NCBI GenBank assembly: GCA_002269645.1
Contig: NIVC01001813.1
Location: 170,559-234,558, forward strand
Direction: 5' to 3'
DNA: 64,000 nucleotides
Origin: Macrostomum lignano
Taxonomy: Eukaryota
The number at the start of each line of letters is the position of its first letter. The stretch's first letter is position 1. Below, in pieces: positions 28,032 to 39,810 of this stretch. The notes under the pieces are model-generated. The model searched no databases. It saw only the letters and a list, made by a program, of their open reading frames with translations, and was not told where the DNA came from. A program made the translations under genes and the position numbers.

Positions 28032-29095
28032 CTACACAATGTTATTCCGCTTAATCAGACACCGGATGGCCTCCGACCGTTCAGCGGCCAGCACCAACTC
28101 CGGGTCCAGCGCGGCGGCGATCTCGTAGTGCTTAGCGGCCTCAAGCCAGTCATTGGAGCCGGCGTGGATGTTGGCCAGGGCCATGTGGCCCGCCGCAGTC
28201 GGCTGAGACTGCGCGAACGCCAGGTCGATCAGGACGAAGGCCAGACGCCGGCCGACTTCATCATACAGACCGAGCAGCTCGGCGAGGCCCAGCAGAGCCA
28301 CGTGCCTCGCACCTGCTGGCGCCCAGTCGTGGGCGGTCAGCAGGCACTCGAACGCGGCCGTGTGGTTGCCATGGCGACGGTGCTGCAGCGCTGCCAGCGC
28401 GGCCGAGGCCCAGGCCTCCGAGGACGGCGTGCCCGGCCGCCGGTTCGGCACCAGCCTGGCAATCTCGGCCTCGTTGTTCGCCATGTCCGAGCCGAGGTCC
28501 GACCAGCGCAAGCCCAGGCCGGACAGCAGTTCGGCCAGCTGGCCGCCCAGCCGCTTATTGGCCTCGGATAAGGCGGCAACCGGCTCAGCGTCCGGACGGA
28601 AGAATTTCCGGCCAAGCTGGGCCTCGGCCAGCAGCCGGCGAAGTTGCTGCTGGCCTTCGCGCAGCGGTGCTGAGAAAGTGGAGGCGGCAGGCGCCGCGGG
28701 GCCCTGCTGGAGCATCTGCTGCTGCTGTTGTTGCTGCTGCTGGGTGTCCTCGGCCAGCAGGTCGGCCGCAGTGGTCGGGCAGGCGGGCGCCGCGCCAGAG
28801 GCCAGCGACTCAGCTGTGGCGGCGGGGAGTCGGGTGTCGTTGGCCTCCATGTCTGCGGCCGCGGCAACAGAGTCGCTCGAGTTCGCCGCCATCTCGTTGC
28901 CGCCGCTGGCATTTTTTGACACCGCAGGCGCCGAGGCCTGGCGGAGTCGCCGCTGGAAATCGAGGTGCAGCCGGCGCCGCTTGTGCAGCCGGGATAGCCG
29001 GTCCAGCAGCAGGTCGCCCGGCCAGGTGGGCGGCGCGGGTTCCGCAAGGCTGGCGGCAGATGGACAGCTGCAGGATAAAGTGGGGAGCTGGTATA

Positions 29096-29168
<73 letters not shown>

Positions 29169-29195
29169 GGCAGACAGACAGACAGACAGACAGGC

Positions 29196-29252
<57 letters not shown>

Positions 29253-29255
29253 GGC

Positions 29256-29312
<57 letters not shown>

Positions 29313-29315
29313 GGC

Positions 29316-29352
<37 letters not shown>

Positions 29353-32300
29353 GCAGAAAGCGGACAACAGAAAGTGGACAGCATACCCCTCCAGGTTCAG
29401 CTGGCTCAGCGGGGGTCTCCCGGCCTGCAGCAGCTCGGCGTGCCGGTCGATGAGCCTCTGCAGTCGGTTGACGAACTCGACGGTCTCGGCGAGGACCTTC
29501 GCTGCTGCAGTGGCGGCGGCGAGTTTCTGGCAGCCGGGCGACTGCGAGCTGTCGTTGAAGACCACGCAGTCAGCTCCAGACGGGTCGGCAGCGGCACCGC
29601 TGCGGTCAGAGTTGAACAGCAGGCCCTTGATCACAGCCTGGCTGTTGTCCTTGCGCGGCAGCAGGTGAATGTGCGGCACCCTGCGGATTGGCAGTCATTG
29701 GCAGTCATGGATGCTTTATTGGGATGGGTTCATGGACTCAAGAGGATCTGTAAGAATAGAGCGCAAGGGTCCAAGACAGGACACCATAATAGAATAGTTG
29801 CCAGTTTGACAGCGTGTCAGCGTCATCAAGTACACCGAGGACCTCTGAGGTACCCACAGGACACACTCAGGTACCCTTAGGACAGCCGCACAGATACCCC
29901 CGGACACAGCCGCCCAGCTACTCCCCGGACACAGCCGCACAGATACCCCTGGACACAGCCGCCCAGCTACTCCCCGGACACAGCCGCACAGATACCCTCG
30001 GACACAGCCGCCCAGCTACTCCCCGGACACAGCCCACAGATACCCCCGGACACAGCCGCCCAGCTACTCCCCGGACACAGCCGCCCAGCTACTCCCCGGA
30101 CACAGCCCACAGATACCCCCGGACACAGCCGCCCAGCTACTCCCCGGACACAGCCGCCCAGCTACTCCCCGGACACAGCCGCACGCCCGCACAGATACCC
30201 CCGGACACAGCCCGGACAGCCGCCCAGCTACTCCCAGGACACAGCTGCACAGATACCCCCGGACACAGCCGCACAGATACCCCCGGACACAGCACAGATG
30301 CACAGCCAGACAGCTCACTTGAAGGCGATGGAATTGGCGGGCGCAAGGCACTCGGAAGCCGAGTACTGCATGTAGTGGGAGTACAGGTCGCAGATCTTCT
30401 CCTGAAAGTGCGCCCGCAGCTCCGCACAGGCGTGCCGGCCGCGGCAGGGCCGGTCCGGATCGAACGGGCTGCTGGCGCTGTGACCGCCGATCCCGGCGGC
30501 TTCGGCCGAGCGGCGCTGGCACCGGACAGCGGCCAGCCTGGCGGTGAGGTCGGCGGCCCGCTCCGGGTCCTGGCGCATGGCGGCCAGATAGTGCGCCTCA
30601 GCTCCGGAGTAATTGGAGAGGCTGGGCGAGAGTGTTAAGTTAAATATATATAGTAAAATAATGTTGAGAAGGGCGACTGGAAATTAAACAGACTTAGTGG
30701 CACAGGGACAGCACACAGCGGTAGCATATTCTTGGATATTGCTCAGGCTGTACCTGAGGGTTGTAGCTCAGTGGTCAGAGCGTCGGACTCACGACTGAAA
30801 GGTCAGGAGTTCGATTCTCGACCCACTCAACAATTTGTGTCCTTGAGCAAGACATTTAAGTCTGCATTGCTTCAGTTCACTCAGCTGTGAAATGGGTGCC
30901 AGCATTAGCTGGGGTAATTGATGGTGTGCGTGGTGACCCCTACCCCCCCCCCCCCCAGTCTTTGGACTGAACAGCCGTATGCAGCCTTCAGATACAGCTG
31001 CGGCTGAGCTGTCGGTTACACAGGTAACAGCACAGGTGGTTGCACAGGTGGTTACACAGGTAACAGCAGAGGTGGTTACACAGATAACAGCACAGGTGGT
31101 TACACAGGTAACAGCACAGATAGTTAAACAGTTAACAGCACAGGTGGTTACACAGGTAACAGCACAGGTAGTTTCACAGGTAACAGCACAGGTGGTTACA
31201 CAGGTAACAGCACAGGTGGTTTCACAGGTAACAGCACAGGTGGTTACACAGGTAACAGCACAGGTGGTTACACAGTTAACAGCACAGGTGGTTTCACAGG
31301 TAACAGCACAGGTGGTTACACAGGTAACAGCACAGGTGGTTACACAGGTAACAGCACAGGTGGTTACACAGGTAACAGCACAGGTGGTTACACAGTTAAC
31401 AGCACAGGTGGTTACACAGGTGGTTACACAGTTAACAGCACAGGTGGTTACACAGGTAACAGCACAGGTGGTTACACAGGTAACAGCACAGGTGGTTACA
31501 CAGGTAACAGCACAGGTGCCCCATACCCGGCAAGCAGATGGCCATGCATAGCATGCACAGCGGGCTCCAAGGCGCCGGGTCCGGCCAAGGCATCCGCAGT
31601 GAGGCTGGCCGCGTCGGCCAGGTGTCCGGAGCGAGCCAGCATGCCGGCCAGACAGAGCAGCGGCACGTCCCTGTAGTTGTCCGGCGCCAGGAAGATCGCG
31701 CGGCGCAGACAATCGACGCTGCGTCTTGGACTGGCTCGGACGCGCCAAAAAGCACCGGCCAGGGTGAACAGCGCCCACTGCGGGCCGCCCCGGCCGGAGC
31801 GCAGGCCAGTCAGCAGGCGCTGTCCGAGATCGTCCAGGTGCATGCGGAGTGACAGGCCGCCAAGCAGCGGCTCGGCCGGCTCCGGCTGCATGGAAGCAAA
31901 GCCGTCCATCGGCTGGCGCTGCTGATGACGGCTGCTGGACGCAGACGATTGCTGGCCCACGGACGGGTCGGCGGCCCGGGCGAGTTTCACAGCCTCCAAG
32001 TGGTCGCCTGTGAGCCGGCTGGGCTGCGGATCTGGGAACTCGGAGCAGTCTGGCGGATACCTGAAGTGGCCAAGGCGAATGGAACCAACAGTTGCTAAGG
32101 GGAATGATTTGGAACCAACCGTTGCTAAGGGGAATGATTAGGAACCAACCGTTGCTAAGGGAATGATTTGGAACCAACCTTTGCGAAGGGGAATGATTAG
32201 GAACCAACCGTTGCTAAGGGGAATGATTAGGAACCAACCGTTGCTAAGGGGAATGATTAGGAACCAACCGTTGCGAAGGGGAATGATTAGGAACCAACCG

Positions 32301-35283
32301 TTGCGAAGGGGAATGATTAGGAACCAACCGTTGCTAAGGGGAATGATTTGGAACCAACCGTTGCTAAGGGAATGATTTGGAACCAACCGTTGCTAAGGGG
32401 AATGATTTGGAACCAACCGTTGCTAAGGGGAATGCTCACTATCAACGGTTTGCTAAGATGCATAGCTTCGCTATCAACGGTTGCTAAGGACCATAGCTTC
32501 GCTATCAACGGTTGCTAAGGACCATAGCTTTGCTTTCAACGGTTGCCAAGGTGCAGTGCTCAGACTTACCAGGGCAGCGGGTGCTCGTCGCCAATCCGAA
32601 TGCCCAGGCCGTCAGTCAGCATGGCAACGGATTCGAATCCTTTGTTCTCCAGAGGCACATGCTCCGAAGGCACGGACTGCAGGTCGCTGCCACTGGTCTC
32701 GCCGTGGGATCTGCACTCGGACGGCGAAGGGAAGGCGCTGGCGTTAACCAGGTAGCGCAGAGCTTCGGGCAGGTCGATTCGGGCTACTTGGTGCACAGGC
32801 GGTCGGCGCGGCTGGCTGAAGTCCGCCACCGACGGCTGCGGGCTTGGCGAAGACGCCGAAGACGAGGCGGCGGCGGCGGTCGGTCGAGCGGCCGGCGACA
32901 AAGACGGATGCCGGGCAAGGTACTCATGGTAGGCGGCCTCTGAGGCTTTACGGGCCTGCGCAGATCCGGCAGAAAAAAATTTTCGGATTGCAAAACACTT
33001 GCTTACATACCAATGCTCGCTGGTAGTGGTCTAGGATACTACTGTCCTCTATTACTCATACTTGGGGGAGAGCTGCGCGAGGAGGGGAGAAGAGGGACGT
33101 TAGAGACAGGATTGGGAACATCGAGAGGAGGGGAGGGAGAGGAAAAGGAGGCAGATGAGGCAGATGAGGAAGAGGGGAGGATGGTAGAAGGGAGAGGATG
33201 GGGAGAAGGGAGAGGATGGGGATGAGAGAGAGGATGGGGGAGAGGGAGAGGAAGGAGAGGAGGGGGAGAGGATAGGGAGAAGGGAGAGGTGGGGAGAGGA
33301 GAGGAGAGAAGGTCCGCTCACCTGCAGAGGCGCAACCTCGCTGGCCGCGAGCTCCTTAGCCCTGGCCAGCGCCTCGGACCTCGCATGGAAGCGCTGGACG
33401 CGCGCCATCGCGGCGCCAACCTGACGGTTCTGCTGGCGCAGGCTGGATTCGAGGCCAAGCTGGCAGCGAACTGCGGCCGCTTTGCGCTGAGCGTCGGCGC
33501 GCAAAGCTAAAACGGCGCCGGCCGAAGGCGCCGCTTTGCTGGTGAGGCTGCTGTCGGACGGAGTCGCCTCAGGAAGCGACGGCTTCTCGGCTTTCCCAGA
33601 CTTTTTATCGCCAGTGGCTGGCTGCTGCTGCTGCTGTTTCTCCGCGGCCGGCGGCGAGCTCAGCGGCAAAGCCAGGGCGGACTGGAGAAAAAAGGCGAAC
33701 AAAATATTTCCATTTTTACTGACAGTAGAGCAGTGTGAAAACTTATCTATGACTGTCACAAATAGTAAATACACATTTAATAGACGAATTAAATAAACGG
33801 GAAAATGTGTTTTGTTCTACTGCAAGTAGACAGCATGGAGCATCACCTAATTTTAGAAAGACCGAAAATTCTCATTTTGCCTGTAGCTTTCAATAAAGGC
33901 TGCCAGGCTCACCTGATAAGCCCGCAGAGCGGCTGGAAAGTCGGCCAGCAGAGTCAGCACGTTGCCTAGCAACATGTAGGCCGCCTGGGAGCGCGAATTT
34001 ATAGCCAGAGCGGAGCGCAGCACAGTCAAAGCGTCGGAGTGGCGCTTAGCGGCGTGCAGGAGGCTGGCGAGGTTCAGCAGCACCGCGTCTCGGCTGTGGT
34101 GGCTGCAGCGACGGGGAGGCACTGGATGCACCGTGCTGACGAGTTTAGGCAGGCAGACAGACAGACAGGCAGACAGGCAGACAAACAGGCAGACAGACAG
34201 AGAAAGAGAGGCAGACAGACAGACAGACAGGCAGACGCACCTGGCAAGCCGCAGGGCCCGCAGCGCACACTCGGCAGCCCTGGGCGCGTCCCCCTTGATC
34301 CGCCAGTAGTAGCTGGCCATGTTGTGCAGGTGCCAGGAGCTGGCGTTGGCCGCCATGGCCTCCCCGATGAGGTGTCCGTATTGGTCCGGCGTCAGGCCGC
34401 CCGGCACGGCCGTCCGGTACAGGAAAATGTCGGGCGGAGCCTCCAATTCGGCGCGGTGGCGCACTGAGGCCACGTGCTCAAGCGAGTCCATTGAGAAGGG
34501 CAGCTCCATGGCAGCCTCGCAGTCGGGCACCTGGACAGGCCGGGAGGGAGGAAGGGCAGGGTGGATATGAAGGATACTCGACTGAGAAGGACAAGAACGA
34601 GACAGACACAAAACTCTGAAGATGAGACATAGAGAAAAGGCCAAAAAGACAAGCAAAAGAACCTTAAAGAAAACACATTGGGATGGGATCAAGTGCAAAG
34701 CGGGTGAGCCAGACAAGTAGGCAGACAAAAGTGCAAGGTGGGTCAGCCAGCCAGACAAGAAGGCAGACAAAAGTGCAAGTTCAGACAAAAGTGCAAGGTG
34801 GGAGGCGCACCAGCAGGCTGACGGCTCGCCAGGCTGTGTCGGGCTTGGCCCCCAGATCCAGGCCCGGGTCCAGGGGCACGGACACGAACAAGTCGAGATC
34901 TTGCAGCGGCTTCCCGGCGGCTACGCAGTCGGCGTTGCTCCGCTGAAACTGTTCAACAAAAGCGTCGTCCTTGGCCGGCATGGACTCCAGCGTGGCGTCG
35001 GACTCGGCCAGCTCGCGCTCCAGGCTGTCCAGCAGCTGCAGCCGCTCCCACTGGCGCAGCCACTCGGCCAGGTCGGCTGGCCGGCGCATGGACAGCCGGG
35101 ATTGCTCGGCCGGCAGCGGCTGCGGCAGGCCGCCATCTGGGGAGGCCACCCAGTGGGTTGAGGCCGATGCGGGCAGAGGATGAGGAGGCCAGACTGGCTG
35201 GATGAGCAGCAGCAGCAGCTGCACCAGGTACTGCAGTGGCTTTGACTGCTGCAGATTTAAGGATGGCAAAAATTTGGTTGCAT
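28032..35283 (-). CDS. TTC17: TTC17-like TPR protein, 9 exons: ~35283-34811, 34530-34241, 34102-33913, 33681-33322, 32955-32570, 32060-31527, 30621-30319, 29680-29387, 29067-28032
   Basis: STHWV, DCVAAGKPLQDLDLF, PDCEAAMELPFSM, SSWHLHNMASYYWRIKG..ECALRAL, DAVLLNLASLLH and WYPPDC match TTC17. All eight introns have GT-AG ends with compatible phases. The start needs a 1-nt homopolymer correction. Confidence 0.9.
29098..29352. repeat. (CAGA)n microsatellite intron of TTC17
   Basis: Fills intron 29386-29068. Confidence 0.95.
29880..30305. repeat. Minisatellite (ggacacagccgcccagctactcccc / ggacacagccgcacagatacccc) in a TTC17 intron
   Basis: Alternating related units visible. Confidence 0.9.
30758..30995 (+). 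mobile_element. tRNA-derived SINE with a V/Meta-type central domain
   Basis: A box tagctcagtgg, B box gagttcgattc, core tgtgtccttgagcaagacatttaa..cagctgtgaaatgggtgcc. A second copy lies at 47783-48024 (-). Confidence 0.85.
31010..31516. repeat. 24-bp minisatellite (acagcacaggtggttacacaggta) in a TTC17 intron
   Basis: Period 24. Source of the VTAQVVTQ ORF. Confidence 0.95.
32080..32545. repeat. 30-bp minisatellite (gaatgattaggaaccaaccgttgctaaggg) in a TTC17 intron
   Basis: Period 30 at 32221/32251. Grades into a related unit near the donor. Confidence 0.95.
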
Positions 35284-36448
35284 CGTTTCTTCTCTATTTC
35301 ACAGCTAGAGCTCAGCAGTGCTATGCTGTGATCATGGCTATGGCCATAGACTATGGCAACTTTAGTAAAATGGCTCAAGAGTACAAGACTCTGAAATCTG
35401 CAGTTGCTTTAGTTCACCAAGCTATAGAATGGAGACCAGAATTAGCTGGGATAATTGACAGTGTGCACGTATGTGGTGATTAGCCATGTGAGTAGCCATG
35501 CACTGCTTAATAGCTACAAGCTACATAATATGCAATAGCATATTGGCCCTTTAGGAGAATATTTAATCAATTATTGTTATTATTACTATTAAATAAAAGT
35601 AAACAAAATTATCTAAAAATGGTAGCATATATAAATAAGATAGTAAAGGATTGCAATATAAATAATAAGTGCAAAAATTATTTATCAATTTATTGATATT
35701 ATATTGATCATTTTACAATATACCTGCCTTGGTCATAGTTTAAATCTTGCTCATATTTGAATTGAGATAGAATAAAGGCACTAGTGTGTAAAGGAAAGTG
35801 GATGTAAAATACACTTTGAAAAGTTTGAACTTTTGATAAGTGAAAATAACCTACAATTAAAAAAGGTGGCATAGCATATCTTTGAATATATATTTTGATA
35901 CAATCTATACCATAGTCAGGAAGATAACTTTTTTCATAGAAATTCTAGCATAGAAGGGGGTTGGATTTGCGCCACATCAGCACATTCCTGCACAATAGCA
36001 AGCAGGGGAGAAAAATCTAGCACAGTATGGCATAAGAGTCAAGGCAAAAAATTGGTGCATTTTATTGCAAGACAAAAACTTTTCACAAGACAATATTTTT
36101 GCAAACAGAAAATTAGCATGTAATTTCTTTTTATTAGCACTTCTTTGTTGATAGTTTTTTATTAATTAAAATATGTTAACATTGCATTTTCTATGAAACA
36201 GATTAAAATAAAAGTTTTATTGGTATTTTTCAAATGGAAAATACTGATTCTTGTGTTTTTGTATTTTTCAAAAAGTTCTAGCATAGTGCAAGCAGACTTC
36301 TTTGAATAGGAATAGTTATAGTACATGGTGCAATCAAACTTTTTTAATAATATTTTTCTGGCACATGGCAAAATCAAACTTATTTGATAGGATTTGTTCT
36401 AGTGTAGGCATGCCATGATCCTGACTATGGAATCTATGTACTGTCCAT

Positions 36449-37015
36449 TAGAGGTGTCATTAGAGCTTGACAACATGAGATTCAAGATGAGATCTTGAAA
36501 TTTTTTCTCATCTCAAGAAATCTCAACTTTTGTGGAAAGTTTCGAGATGAGATTTGAGAAATTGAGAAATTTTTGGATTGCTAAAAACAAAATTTTTGAT
36601 TAAGAAAGTATGTGAAAAGGCAAGTATTTTTTCAAAACACCTAAATACTATTGTTGAACCTGTGCTTTTTGTTTGAATATTTTAGCAAGACGATTTTGAA
36701 ATGGATAAATTCTGTGATAGGTTAGGTTAGTTGAGCAGTTTTATATCATTGTAATAAATGCAAACATAATTATAAATTCTAACATATAAACTTGTTCTAA
36801 TACACATTTTTGTTATCGTTATAGTCTTGCAACAAGGTGATTCAGTAGTAAACTCAAAGGATCTGCTGATCTTATGGTGTATTTGTTATAATGAGATAAA
36901 TTATATTTTCAAATATTTTTTTAATCTTATCCCATCTTGTCTCAAAATTTCTCAACTTCAGACTTTTTTGTCTCAAATTTCATCTTAGTCCAAATCTCAA
37001 TTTCTGACAGCTCTA
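36449..37015. mobile_element. Probable old hAT MITE
   Basis: Ends tagaggtgtca/tgacagctcta, subterminal tgagatt/aatctca repeats, flanks ctgtccat/ctatctat (6/8). Confidence 0.5.
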
Positions 37016-38549
37016 CTATCTATGCATGCACTATTCAATTTCCTAACCTAGGCTATAGAGTATATAAAACATGCATATAAATCAAGCATTTTAAAATACA
37101 AGTTAAATGAAGAAATAATGATATTTTATAATAAATTTTCTACAATAAGTTGTATGCTACATATACCAAGTCCAAGGACCTGCAACCATGCAATGTCTAT
37201 TGTGATATCTATCTCAAATGCATCACTGACACCTTGTGAATACCAGATTTATTTAAGGGAAAAGGCCACCTATAATAACTAAATACAATATAGCCTATCA
37301 TTGCCATATTAAAATGGCTTATCAAGATCTAAAATTAGGAAAAGGCCTATAGTATAGGCTATAGAGAAAAGTCATACTAGGCTTCCACTTAGAGACTTAG
37401 AAAAGCATTACAGTGACTTTAGCCAATTGATCAAACAATAAAGCTAATATATTATATTAATTAGCTAAAATATTATATCAAAATTAAAATAATTGTTTAA
37501 TTTACCTATCGTATAAAATTTGCAACTTTCTTAATTTTCTAAAATTGTTCTATTGCCTTGCTATATAATCTTAATAATATACTATAGGCCTATTGTTTTG
37601 TTTACTTAATTGACTCAAGAGTCAAGAGTCAATATAAAAAGTCAAGAGGTAAAATAAGAAAGAGAGAAGAGAGTGGAATTAGATAGAAAGAAGAGGGATA
37701 AAAATAGCTCTAGGACTGATAGGTCTGTAGGTAAGAAAGTAAGCCACCCCCTTCCTTATTCTCTCTCTACCCAAAACCCCAATCCAGTACGTCGACGGTC
37801 GACCAGCGATAAATGCATCGTTCTCGGTAAGTTAAAAATGATTGTTGTACGTCGAAACATTTTCTTCGAAACTAGAGCATCATAACAAAACTCTAAGAAA
37901 ATGAAATCTTTCGCGTTTTAATAACAAAAATTAAAAAAATCACGTCAGTTGCTTTCAAAACTTTTGTGACCATGTTAGCTTTGAAATATAATAGGGGATA
38001 AACGCGGAGATGAAACCGGAATTATTATGTATTAATTGATACATTAATTAAATGTTTTGTGGTTAAGTAGAAGATTCAGCATCACATGCCTTTTGGGAGC
38101 TATTTTAATATTTTTCCCCCGTAGCCCTAGTGGCCCTCGTGATTTACGAGTACCCGAATAACTGCCTCAAAAGCATATTTATATAATCTCATTCTCATTT
38201 TAAACATGGATAAATATTTTACCAGACAATTATTGAATAATTCCAAATATAATCTTGGAGAACGCATATAATGTTACCCTTGCCACTGTGTTGGTGGTAA
38301 GGGCGTTTATACTGCGGGGGGAGGTGGCTCGCTGGGCTGGGGCGGTGCGTGCGGGGTTGCGTGTGCTGCGGGGGGCGGGGGTGTCGTGTGGGTGGTAGCT
38401 CGTTTTCATATTTAGTCTTGTCCTCCGCTCGTACGCCGCGCGTTCGTGATTGCTCAGATTTTTTTCTCAAACTTTTTTTTTGATTTTTTTCTCAGCCACA
38501 ATCGATATGGCCACCTCTAGTCAGCTGCAAATCAGTCACCGATCTGAGC

Positions 38550-39596
38550 GTGCCTCAACTAAAGACGGCATTGCAAGCGCGCAAATTGCCAATTAAAGGT
38601 AGCAAGGCTGCCCTGCTACGTACCCGTCTGTGCGACGCGATTCTCAACGAGCGTCTAGCTGCTGACGCCGAGAACAGGACTTCCCACAGGGAGCCACCGA
38701 GGGATTCTGACGACTCGTCCGATGGAGGGAGCAGCCGGCAGTCCAAGGGGGGTGGCACCTCTTTGGGTGGCGCGGCTCTGGATGCGGAGATCGAGCTCAC
38801 CCGACGACGCATTGAACTGCTAAGGCTGCAGAAAGAAGAGGCGGAGCTGCGACGGTCGGTGGATAAGGCACCAGATAATCGCGGTAAGCTACCAGAATTT
38901 TTGAGCCAGTCTGCTTGCGCTGAGTCTGATAGGTGGTCCAATGATGGTGAACTTGATGCTGCTATTTTTGCTCCAAGCAACGCTAGAGTTTCATCCGGGC
39001 GGCTGCTCCGTATTTGCGACTTCATTGATGCCCCAGGCCAGGCTGACGAGCTTCTTGCGCAGGGTGAGACAGCTAAGCAGAATCTCAAGAGCGGTAGACC
39101 AAAATCTGTAGACTCTGTGACAGTCGGCCAATGGATTTCTGCCAATGCTAAAATCATGTATGCCATGCTGCAATCCGGACAGCTAGCGTCTCATGACACC
39201 GATAGTGAGCCAAAAAGTCTCCTGGACTACTTGCAGCACGTTATCCATATCGGCGATTTGCTTGATGGGGGGTACGACTGGCAAGTCCTTCTTCGTTATG
39301 ATGACGATCTGCGTAAGTTCCAGCATGCGCATGCTTCCAAGTGGTCCCAGCCGCCTTTGTCTCTGATCTGTAAGCACCTGACGGCCCCAAAGAACCTTCA
39401 TAGTCGGCAAGCTAGCCAAGCTGGCCGCGGTGGCCGCCGACAATTCGCTTCGCGAGGCCAAGCGGTCTGTGAACTGTTTAACAGCGCCACCGGATGTCAG
39501 AGAGACACCTGCAACTATCTGCACTGCTGTCGGATTTGTGGTGGCTCACATGCTGCTGCTAGCCACACCAACCGTGCTAATCAAGCAAAAAACTGA
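38550..39596 (+). CDS. Gag-like ORF1 with an N-terminal SAP-like motif and a C-terminal CCCH/CCHH-type zinc finger
   Basis: DLSVPQLKTALQARKLPIKGSKAALL and CELFNSATGCQRDTCNYLHCCRICGGSH. The likely ATG at 38507 is 1 nt out of frame. Confidence 0.8.
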   Translation: MPQLKTALQARKLPIKGSKAALLRTRLCDAILNERLAADAENRTSHREPPRDSDDSSDGGSSRQSKGGGTSLGGAALDAEIELTRRRIELLRLQKEEAELRRSVDKAPDNRGKLPEFLSQSACAESDRWSNDGELDAAIFAPSNARVSSGRLLRICDFIDAPGQADELLAQGETAKQNLKSGRPKSVDSVTVGQWISANAKIMYAMLQSGQLASHDTDSEPKSLLDYLQHVIHIGDLLDGGYDWQVLLRYDDDLRKFQHAHASKWSQPPLSLICKHLTAPKNLHSRQASQAGRGGRRQFASRGQAVCELFNSATGCQRDTCNYLHCCRICGGSHAAASHTNRANQAKN

Positions 39597-39810
39597 GAGA
39601 AGCGTCGCATGCAGATTCCATCGCCTGCGACGCCTTTTCTTTTAACTTCCTGCCTGCCCGCGACATCGCCCAACCTGCCTGCCTGCCTTCCTCCGAACTC
39701 GCTCAACCTGCCTACCTGCCTGCCTCCGACGTCGCTCAACCTGCCTGCCTGCCTCCGACGTCGCTCAACCTGCCTGCCTGCCTGGCTCCGATGCTGCCAA
39801 ACCTGCCTAC

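Noticed and set aside
28360-29880. 506-aa plus-strand ORF and other long antisense ORFs over TTC17, GRB2 and CNOT2
   Set aside because: Shadows of GC-rich coding exons plus (CAGA)n repeats.
30758-30830. tRNA gene
   Set aside because: The anticodon and acceptor stems do not pair well and the anticodon differs between copies. It continues into a SINE core with no poly-T terminator.
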